A stretch of DNA of 64,000 nucleotides from the human T2T-CHM13v2.0 reference genome, Homo sapiens. Positions 1-10,123 of the stretch are shown here, one piece after another. How positions within the stretch are numbered: position 1 is the stretch's first letter; each line of letters opens with the position of its first letter. The notes below the pieces were generated by a model that was given only the letters and a program-made list of their open reading frames with translations, did no database searches and was not told where the DNA came from. The position numbers and the translations under genes were made by a program. The DNA is taken from NCBI RefSeq assembly GCF_009914755.1, contig NC_060928.1; one strand, given 5' to 3'.

Positions 1-219
1 ACACTCTTTTGGTAGAATCTGCAAGTGGATATTTGGATAGCTTTGAGGATTTCGTTGGAAACGGGTTATCTTCATATAAAATCCAGACAGGAGCATTCTC
101 AGAAACTTCTTTGTGCTGCATGTCCTCAATTCACAGAGCTGAACCTTTGTTTGGATACAGCATTTTGGAAACATTCCTTTAGTAGAATCTGCAAGTTGAT
201 ATTTAGATAGCTTTGAAGA

Positions 220-236
220 TTTCGTTGGAAACGGGA
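220..236 (+). promoter_or_regulatory. CENP-B box, intact (representative). Intact boxes in the first HOR period start at 50, 220, 560, 898, 1240, 1752, 2260, 2601 = 8 per HOR
   Basis: TTTCGTTGGAAACGGGA matches the 17-bp consensus YTTCGTTGGAARCGGGA with the 9-nt core nTTCGnnnnAnnCGGGn intact. The box at 50 ends in T and the box at 1752 has AAG. Confidence 0.95.
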
Positions 237-1068
237 ATATCTTCATAGAAAATCTAGACGGAAGCATTCTCAGAAACTGCTTTGTGATGTTTGCATTCAA
301 GTCACAGAGTTGAATATTCCCTTTTATAGAGTAGGTTTGAAACACTCTTTCGGCACTAGCTGGAAGTGGATATTTCGAGCTCTTTGAGGCCTATGGTTAA
401 AAGGAAATATCTTCCCATAAAAACTAGACAGAAGCCGTCTCAGAAACTTGTTTGTGATGTGTGTATTCAACTACCAGAGTTGAACATTTCTGTTACAGAG
501 CAATTTTAAAACACTCTTTTTGTGGAATCTGAAAGTGGATAATTGGATAGCTTTGTGGATTTCGTTGGAAACGGGATGACGTATAAAATCTAGAGAGAAG
601 CATTCTCAGGAACTTCTTTCTGATGTTTGCATTCAAGTCACAGAATTGAACATTCCTTTTCATAGTGCAGGTTTGAAACACTCTTTCTGTAGTATCTGGA
701 AGTGGACATTTCAAGCGCTTTCAGGCCTACGGGGAGAAAGGAAATATCTTCAAATAAAAACTAGACAGAAGGATTCTCAGAAACTTATTTGTGATGTGTG
801 TCCTAAACGAACACAGTTGAACCTTTGTTTTGATACAGCATTTTGGAAACACTCCTTTTGTAGGATCTGCAGGTGGATATTTGGATAGATTTTAAGATTT
901 CGTTGGAAACGGGAATTTCTTCATAGAAACTCAAGACAGATGCATTCTCAGAAACATCTCTGTGATGTTTGCATTCCACTCATAGAGTTGAAAACTTCCT
1001 TTCATAGAGCAGGTTTGAAACACTCTTTTTGTAATATTTGGAAGTGGACATTTGCAGCGCTTCGAGGC

Positions 1069-1085
1069 CTATGGTGAAAAAGGAA
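1069..1085 (+). promoter_or_regulatory. pJ-alpha (A-box) motif, representative; 8 A-type monomers per HOR (m2, m4, m6, m9, m11, m14, m16, m18)
   Basis: CTATGGTGAAAAAGGAA at the position homologous to the CENP-B box. Variants are CTATGGTTAAAAGGAA (m2), CTACGGGGAGAAAGGAA (m4), CTATGGTGAGAAAGGAA (m11) and CTATGGAGAGAAAGGAA (m16). Confidence 0.85.
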
Positions 1086-1409
1086 ATATCTTCTCATAAA
1101 AACCAGAAACAAGCATTCTCAGAAACTTCTTTTTGATGTGTGTACTCAAGTAACAGAGTTGAACCTTCCTTTTGACACAGCAGTTTTGAAACAATCTTTT
1201 TGTAGAATCTGCAAGTGGATATTTGGATAGCTTTGAGGATTTCGTTGGAAACGGGATATCTTCATATAAAATCTAGACAGAAGCATTCTCAGAAACTTCT
1301 TTGTGCTGTATGTCCTCAATTAACAGAGTTGAACCATTGCTTGGATACAGCATTTTGGAAACATTCCTTGAGTAGAATCTGCAAGTTGATATTTAGATAG
1401 ATTTGAAGA

Positions 1410-1426
1410 TTTCGTTGGAAAAGGGA
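1410..1426 (+). promoter_or_regulatory. Degenerate CENP-B box (m8)
   Basis: TTTCGTTGGAAAAGGGA: core CGGG changed to AGGG. Confidence 0.9.
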
Positions 1427-2089
1427 ATATCTCCATATAAAATCTAGAGGGAAGCATTCTCAGAAACTGCTTTGTGATGTTTCCATTCAAGTCACAGAGT
1501 TGAATATTCCCTTTTATAGAGCACGTTTGAAACACTCTTTCTGCACTATCTGGAAGTGGACATTTCGAGCGCTTTGAGGCCTATGGTGAAAAAGGAAATA
1601 TCTTCCCATAAAAACTAGACAGAAGCATTCTCAGAAACTTGTTTGTGATGTGTGTATTCAACTAACAGAGTTGAACTTTTGTTTTTACAGAGCCGTTTTA
1701 AAACACTCTTTTTGTGGAATCAGAAAGTGGATATTCGGATGGCTCTGAGGATTTCGTTGGAAGCGGGATTACATATAAAATCTAGAGAGAAGCATTCTCA
1801 GGAACTTCTTTGTGATGTTTGCATTGAAGTCACAGAATTGAACATTCACTTTGATAGAGCAGGTTTGAAACACTCATTCTGTAGTATCTGGAAGTGGACA
1901 TTTCAAGCGCTTTCAGGCCTATGGTGAGAAAGGAAATATCTTCGAATAAAAACTAGACAGAAGCATCCTCAGAAACTTATTTGTGATGTGTGTCCTCAAC
2001 TAACAGAGTTGAAACTTTGTTTTGATACAGCATTTTGGAAACACTCTTTTTGTAGAATCTGCAGGTGGATATTTGGATAGCTTAGAGGG

Positions 2090-2106
2090 ATTCGTTGGAA
2101 AGGGGA
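2090..2106 (+). promoter_or_regulatory. Degenerate CENP-B box (m12)
   Basis: ATTCGTTGGAAAGGGGA: core CGGG changed to GGGG. Confidence 0.9.
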
Positions 2107-2938
2107 TATCTTCATATAAAATCTAGACAGAAGCATTCTCAGAAACTTATTTGTGATGTGTGTCCTCAACTAACAGAGTTGAACCTTGGTTTTGATACAG
2201 CATTTTGGAAACACTCCTTTTGTAGAATCTGCAGGTGGATATGTGGATAGCTCTGAAGATTTCGTTGGAAACGGGAATTTCTTCATATAAAATCAAACAG
2301 AAGCATTCTCAGAAACTTCTCAGTGATGTTTGCATTCAGCTCATGGAGTTGAACACTTCCTTTCATAGAGCCGGTTTGAAACACTCTTTCTGCACTACCT
2401 GGAAGAGGACATTTCGAGCGCTTTGAGTCCTATGGTGAAAAAGGAAATATCTTCTCATAAAAACCAGAAAGAAGCATTCTCAGAAACTTCTTTGTGTTGT
2501 GTGTACTCATGTAACAGTGTTGAACCATCCTTTTGACAGAGCAGTTTTGAAACACTCTTTTTGTAGAATCTGCAAGTGGATATTTGGATAGCTTTGAGGA
2601 TTTCGTTGGAAACGGGATGACATATAATATCTAGAGAGAAGCATTCTCAGGAACTTCTTTGTGATGTTTGCATTCAAGTCACAGAATTGAACATTCCCTT
2701 TCATAGAGCAGGTTTGAAACACTCTTTCTCTAGTATCTGGAAGTGGGCATTTCAAGCGCTTTCAGGCCTATGGAGAGAAAGGAAATACCTTCAAATAAAA
2801 ACTAGACAGAAGCATTCTCAGAAACTTATTTGTGATGTGTGTCCTCAACTAACAGAGTTGAACCTTTGTTTTGATACAGCATTTTGGAAACACTCCTTTT
2901 GTAGAATCTGCAGGTGGATATTTGGATAACTTTGAAGA

Positions 2939-2955
2939 TTTCGTTGGAAACCGGA
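2939..2955 (+). promoter_or_regulatory. Degenerate CENP-B box (m17)
   Basis: TTTCGTTGGAAACCGGA: core CGGG changed to CCGG. Confidence 0.9.
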
Positions 2956-4857
2956 ATATCTTCATATAAAATCAAGACAGAAGCATTCTCGGAAACATCT
3001 CTGTGATGTTTGCATTCAACTCAGTAGAGTTGAACACTTCCTTTCATAGAGCCGGTTTGAAACACTCTTTCTGCACTACCTGGAAGCGGACATTTCGAGC
3101 GCTTTGAGGCCTATGGTGAAAAAGGAAATATCTTCTCATAAAAACCAGAAAGAAGCATTCTCAGAAACTTCTTTGTGTTGTGTGTACTCAAGTAACAGTG
3201 TTGAACCTTCCTTTTGACACAGCAGTTTTGAAACACTCTTTTGGTAGAATCTGCAAGTGGATATTTGGATAGCTTTGAGGATTTCGTTGGAAACGGGTTA
3301 TCTTCATATAAAATCCAGACAGGAGCATTCTCAGAAACTTCTTTGTGCTGCATGTCCTCAATTCACAGAGCTGAACCTTGGTTTGGATACAGCATTTTGG
3401 AAACATTCCTTTAGTAGAATCTGCAAGTTGATATTTAGATAGCTTTGAAGATTTCGTTGGAAACGGGAATATCTTCATAGAAAATCTAGACGGAAGCATT
3501 CTCAGAAACTGCTTTGTGATGTTTGCATTCAAGTCACAGAGTTGAATATTCCCTTTTATAGAGTAGGTTTGAAACACTCTTTCGGCACTACCTGGAAGTG
3601 GATATTTCGAGCTCTTTGAGGCCTATGGTTAAAAGGAAATATCTTCCCATAAAAACTAGACAGAAGCCGTCTCAGAAACTTGTTTGTGATGTGTGTATTC
3701 AACTAACAGAGTTGAACATTTCTGTTACAGAGCAATTTTAAAACACTCTTTTTGTGGAATCTGAAAGTGGATAATTGGATAGCTTTGTGGATTTCGTTGG
3801 AAACGGGATGACGTATAAAATCTAGAGAGAAGCATTCTCAGGAACTTCTTTGTGATGTTTGCATTCAAGTCACAGAATTGAACATTCCTTTTCATAGTGC
3901 AGGTTTGAAACACTCTTTCTGTAGTATCTGGAAGTGGACATTTCAAGCGCTTTCAGGCCTACGGGGAGAAAGGAAATATCTTCAAATAAAAACTAGACAG
4001 AAGGATTCTCAGAAACTTATTTGTGATGTGTGTCCTAAACGAACACAGTTGAACCTTTGTTTAGATACAGCATTTTGGAAACACTCCTTTTGTAGGATCT
4101 GCAGGTGGATATTTGGATAGATTTTAAGATTTCGTTGGAAACGGGAGTTTCTTCATAGAAACTCAAGACAGATGCATTCTCAGAAACATCTCTGTGATGT
4201 TTGCATTCCACTCATAGAGTTGAAAACTTCCTTTCATAGAGCAGGTTTGAAACACTCTTTTTGTAATATTTGGAAGTGGACATTTGCAGCGCTTTGAGGC
4301 CTATGGTGAAAAAGGAAATATCTTCTCATAAAAACCAGAAACAAGCATTCTCAGAAACTTCTTTTTGATGTGTGTACTCAAGTAACAGAGTTGAACCTTC
4401 CTTTTGACACAGCAGTTTTGAAACAATCTTTTTGTAGAATCTGCAAGTGGATATTTGGATAGCTTTGAGGATTTCGTTGGAAACGGGATATCTTCATATA
4501 AAATCTAGACAGAAGCATTCTCAGAAACTTCTTTGTGCTGTATGTCCTCAATTAACAGAGTTGAACCATTGCTTGGATACAGCATTTTGGAAACATTCCT
4601 TTAGTAGAATCTGCAAGTTGATATTGAGATAGATTTGAAGATTTCGTTGGAAAAGGGAATATCTCCATATAAAATCTAGACGGAAGCATTCTCAGAAACT
4701 GCTTTGTGATGTTTCCATTCAAGTCACAGAGTTGAATATTCCCTTTTATAGAGCACGTTTGAAACACTCTTTCTGCACTATCTGGAAGTGGACATTTCGA
4801 GCGCTTTGAGGCCTATGGTGAAAAAGGAAATATCTTCCCATAAAAATTAGACAGAAG

Positions 4858-5874
4858 CATTCTCAGAAACTTGTTTGTGATGTGTGTATTCAACTAACAG
4901 AGTTGAACTTTTGTTTTTACAGAGCCGTTTTAAAACACTCTTTTTGTGGAATCAGAAAGTGGATATTCGGATGGCTCTGAGGATTTCGTTGGAAGCGGGA
5001 TTACATATAAAATCTAGAGAGAAGCATTCTCAGGAACTTCTTTGTGATGTTTGCATTGAAGTCACAGAATTGAACATTCACTTTGATAGAGCAGGTTTGA
5101 AACACTCATTCTGTAGTATCTGGAAGTGGACATTTCAAGCGCTTTCAGGCCTATGGTGAAAAAGGAAATATCTTCGAATAAAAACTAGACAGAAGCATCC
5201 TCAGAAACTTATTTGTGATGTGTGTCCTCAACTAACAGAGTTGAAACTTTGTTTTGATACAGCATTTTGGAAACACTCCTTTTGTAGAATCTGCAGGTGG
5301 ATATGTGGATAGCTCTGAAGATTTCGTTGGAAACGGGAATTTCTTCATATAAAATCAAACAGAAGCATTCTCAGAAACTTCTCAGTGATGTTTGCATTCA
5401 GCTCATGGAGTTGAACACTTCCTTTCATAGAGCCGGTTTGAAACACTCTTTCTGCACTACCTGGAAGAGGCCATTTCGAGCGCTTTGAGTCCTATGGTGA
5501 AAAAGGAAATATCTTCTCATAAAAACCAGAAAGAAGCATTCTCAGAAACTTCTTTGTGTTGTGTGTACTCATGTAACAGTGTTGAACCATCCTTTTGACA
5601 GAGCAGTTTTGAAACACTCTTTTTGTAGAATCTGCAAGTGGATATTTGGATAGCTTTGAGGATTTCGTTGGAAACGGGATGACATATAATATCTAGAGAG
5701 AAGCATTCTCAGGAACTTCTTTGTGCTGTTTGCATTCAAGTCACAGAATTGAACATTCCCTTTCATAGAGCAGATTTGAAACACTCTTTCTCTAGTATCT
5801 GGAAGTGGGCATTTCAAGCGCTTTCAGGCCTATTGAGAGAAAGGAAATACCTTCAAATAAAAACTAGACAGAAG
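4858..5874 (+). repeat. 6-mer structural variant unit #1 (m10, m11, m12/13 hybrid, m14, m15, m16), 1,017 bp
   Basis: m10 marker 4884 to 5901 = 1,017. The m12 start (CATCCTC...GAAACTTTG) is fused to the m13 end (ATGTGGATAGCTCTGAAG), and m16 is followed by m10 instead of m17. Confidence 0.95.
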
Positions 5875-8800
5875 CATTCTCAGAAACTTGTTTGTGATGT
5901 GTGTATTCAACTAACAGAGTTGAACTTTTGTTTTTACAGAGCCGTTTTAAAACACTCTTTTTGTGGAATCAGAAAGTGGATATTCGGATGGCTCTGAGGA
6001 TTTCGTTGGAAGCGGGATTACATATAAAATCTAGAGAGAAGCATTCTCAGGAACTTCTTTGTGATGTTTGCATTGAAGTCACAGAATTGAACATTCACTT
6101 TGATAGAGCAGGTTTGAAACACTCATTCTGTAGCATCTGGAAGTGGACATTTCAAGCGCTTTCAGGCCTATGGTGAGAAAGGAAATATCTTCGAATAAAA
6201 ACTAGACAGAAGCATCCTCAGAAACTTATTTGTGATGTGTGTCCTCAACTAACAGAGTTGAAACTTTGTTTTGATACAGCATTTTGGAAACACTCTTTTT
6301 GTAGAATCTGCAGGTGGATATTTGGATAGCTTAGAGGGATTCGTTGGAAAGGGGATATCTTCATATAAAATCTAGACAGAAGCATTCTCAGAAACTTATT
6401 TGTGATGTGTGTCCTCAACTAACAGAGTTGAACCTTGGTTTTGATACAGCATTTTGGAAACACTCCTTTTGTAGAATCTGCAGGTGGATATGTGGATAGC
6501 TCTGAAGATTTCGTTGGAAACGGGAATTTCTTCATATAAAATCAAACAGAAGCATTCTCAGAAACTTCTCAGTGATGTTTGCATTCAGCTCATGGAGTTG
6601 AACACTTCCTTTCATAGAGCCGGTTTGAAACACTCTTTCTGCACTACCTGGAAGAGGACATTTCGAGCGCTTTGAGTCCTATGGTGAAAAAGGAAATATC
6701 TTCTCATAAAAACCAGAAAGAAGCATTCTCAGAAACTTCTTTGTGTTGTGTGTACTCATGTAACAGTGTTGAACCATCCTTTTGACAGAGCAGTTTTGAA
6801 ACACTCTTTTTGTAGAATCTGCAAGTGGATATTTGGATAGCTTTGAGGATTTCGTTGGAAACGGGATGACATATAATATCTAGAGAGAAGCATTCTCAGG
6901 AACTTCTTTGTGATGTTTGCATTCAAGTCACAGAATTGAACATTCCCTTTCATAGAGCAGGTTTGAAACACTCTTTCTCTAGTATCCGGAAGTGGGCATT
7001 TCAAGCGCTTTCAGGCCTATGGAGAGAAAGGAAATACCTTCAAATAAAAACTAGACAGAAGCATTCTCAGAAACTTATTTGTGATGTGTGTCCTCAACTA
7101 ACAGAGTTGAACCTTTGTTTTGATACAGCATTTTGGAAACACTCCTTTTGTAGAATCTGCAGGTGGATATTTGGATAACTTTGAAGATTTCGTTGGAAAC
7201 CGGAATATCTTCATATAAAATCAAGACAGAAGCATTCTCGGAAACATCTCTGTGATGTTTGCATTCAACTCAGTAGAGTTGAACACTTCCTTTCATAGAG
7301 CCGGTTTGAAACACTCTTTCTGCACTACCTGGAAGCGGACATTTCGAGCGCTTTGAGGCCTATGGTGAAAAAGGAAATATCTTCTCATAAAAACCAGAAA
7401 GAAGCATTCTCAGAAACTTCTTTGTGTTGTGTGTACTCAAGTAACAGTGTTGAACCTTCCTTTTGACACAGCAGTTTTGAAACACTCTTTTGGTAGAATC
7501 TGCAAGTGGATATTTGGATAGCTTTGAGGATTTCGTTGGAAACGGGTTATCTTCATGTAAAATCCAGACAGGAGCATTCTCAGAAACTTCTTTGTGCTGC
7601 ATGTCCTCAATTCACAGAGCTGAACCTTGGTTTGGATACAGCATTTTGGAAACATTCCTTTAGTAGAATCTGCAAGTTGATATTTAGATAGCTTTGAAGA
7701 TTTCGTTGGAAACGGGAATATCTTCATAGAAAATCTAGACGGAAGCATTCTCAGAAACTGCTTTGTGATGTTTGCATTCAAGTCACAGAGTTGAATATTC
7801 CCTTTTATAGAGTAGGTTTGAAACACTCTTTCGGCACTACCTGGAAGTGGATATTTCGAGCTCTTTGAGGCCTATGGTTAAAAGGAAATATCTTCCCATA
7901 AAAACTAGACAGAAGCCGTCTCAGAAACTTGTTTGTGATGTGTGTATTCAACTAACAGAGTTGAACATTTCTGTTACAGAGCAATTTTAAAACACTCTTT
8001 TTGTGGAATCTGAAAGTGGATAATTGGATAGCTTTGTGGATTTCGTTGGAAACGGGATGACGTATAAAATCTAGAGAGAAGCATTCTCAGGAACTTCTTT
8101 GTGATGTTTGCATTCAAGTCACAGAATTGAACATTCCTTTTCATAGTGCAGGTTTGAAACACTCTTTCTGTAGTATCTGGAAGTGGACATTTCAAGCGCT
8201 TTCAGGCCTACGGGGAGAAAGGAAATATCTTCAAATAAAAACTAGACAGAAGGATTCTCAGAAACTTATTTGTGATGTGTGTCCTAAACGAACACAGTTG
8301 AACCTTTGTTTAGATACAGCATTTTGGAAACACTCCTTTTGTAGGATCTGCAGGTGGATATTTGGATAGATTTTAAGATTTCGTTGGAAACGGGAGTTTC
8401 TTCATAGAAACTCAAGACAGATGCATTCTCAGAAACATCTCTGTGATGTTTGCATTCCACTCATAGAGTTGAAAACTTCCTTTCATAGAGCAGGTTTGAA
8501 ACACTCTTTTTGTAATATTTGGAAGTGGACATTTGCAGCGCTTTGAGGCCTATGGTGAAAAAGGAAATATCTTCTCATAAAAACCAGAAACAAGCATTCT
8601 CAGAAACTTCTTTTTGATGTGTGTACTCAAGTAACAGAGTTGAACCTTCCTTTTGACACAGCAGTTTTGAAACAATCTTTTTGTAGAATCTGCAAGTGGA
8701 TATTTGGATAGCTTTGAGGATTTCGTTGGAAACGGGATATCTTCATATAAAATCTAGACAGAAGCATTCTCAGAAACTTCTTTGTGCTGTATGTCCTCAA

Positions 8801-9106
8801 TTAACAGAGTTGAACCATTGCTTGGATACAGCATTTTGGAAACATTCCTTTAGTAGAATCTGCAAGTTGATATTGAGATAGATTTGAAGATTTCGTTGGA
8901 AAAGGGAATATCTCCATATAAAATCTAGACGGAAGCATTCTCAGAAACTGCTTTGTGATGTTTCCATTCAAGTCACAGAGTTGAATATTCCCTTTTATAG
9001 AGCACGTTTGAAACACTCTTTCTGCACTATCTGGAAGTGGACATTTCGAGCGCTTTGAGGCCTATGGTGAAAAAGGAAATATCTTCCCATAAAAATTAGA
9101 CAGAAG
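5875..9106 (+). repeat. One canonical 19-mer HOR
   Basis: Marker 5901 to 9133 = 3,232. Confidence 0.95.
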
Positions 9107-10123
9107 CATTCTCAGAAACTTGTTTGTGATGTGTGTATTCAACTAACAGAGTTGAACTTTTGTTTTTACAGAGCCGTTTTAAAACACTCTTTTTGTGGAA
9201 TCAGAAAGTGGATATTCGGATGGCTCTGAGGATTTCGTTGGAAGCGGGATTACATATAAAATCTAGAGAGAAGCATTCTCAGGAACTTCTTTGTGATGTT
9301 TGCATTGAAGTCACAGAATTGAACATTCACTTTGATAGAGCAGGTTTGAAACACTCATTCTGTAGTATCTGGAAGTGGACATTTCAAGCGCTTTCAGGCC
9401 TATGGTGAAAAAGGAAATATCTTCGAATAAAAACTAGACAGAAGCATCCTCAGAAACTTATTTGTGATGTGTGTCCTCAACTAACAGAGTTGAAACTTTG
9501 TTTTGATACAGCATTTTGGAAACACTCCTTTTGTAGAATCTGCAGGTGGATATGTGGATAGCTCTGAAGATTTCGTTGGAAACGGGAATTTCTTCATATA
9601 AAATCAAACAGAAGCATTCTCAGAAACTTCTCAGTGATGTTTGCATTCAGCTCATGGAGTTGAACACTTCCTTTCATAGAGCCGGTTTGAAACACACTTT
9701 CTGCACTACCTGGAAGAGGACATTTCGAGCGCTTTGAGTCCTATGGTGAAAAAGGAAATATCTTCTCATAAAAACCAGAAAGAAGCATTCTCAGAAACTT
9801 CTTTGTGTTGTGTGTACTCATGTAACAGTGTTGAACCATCCTTTTGACAGAGCAGTTTTGAAACACTCTTTTTGTAGAATCTGCAAGTGGATATTTGGAT
9901 AGCTTTGAGGATTTCGTTGGAAACGGGATGACATATAATATCTAGAGAGAAGCATTCTCAGGAACTTCTTTGTGCTGTTTGCATTCAAGTCACAGAATTG
10001 AACATTCCCTTTCATAGAGCAGATTTGAAACACTCTTTCTCTAGTATCTGGAAGTGGGCATTTCAAGCGCTTTCAGGCCTATTGAGAGAAAGGAAATACC
10101 TTCAAATAAAAACTAGACAGAAG
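9107..10123 (+). repeat. 6-mer structural variant unit #2
   Basis: Marker 9133 to 10150 = 1,017; same hybrid monomer and same m16 diagnostic SNPs. Confidence 0.95.

Larger units (their letters stand above)
94..3325 (+). repeat. Reference canonical 19-mer HOR copy (m1-m19); box order B A B A B A B B A B A B B A B A B A B (11 B-type, 8 A-type)
   Basis: Monomer lengths read directly: 171,170,166,171,171,171,170,171,171,167,171,170,170,171,167,171,171,172,170 = 3,232. I saw one SacI site GAGCTC (377-382) in this copy. Confidence 0.95.
1626..4857 (+). repeat. One canonical 19-mer HOR (phased at m10)
   Basis: m10 marker ORF 1652 to 4884 = 3,232 bp. Confidence 0.95.

Noticed and set aside
713-729. 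Short palindromes AAGCGCTT / AGGCCT before A-boxes, and TCTAGA
   Set aside because: 6-8-bp dyads are standard alpha-satellite consensus features and too short to argue for a cruciform or terminator.
1261-1275. TATA-like CATATAAAA and AATAAA motifs
   Set aside because: They are part of the AT-rich monomer consensus, and the sequence alone gives no evidence of promoter or polyadenylation function.
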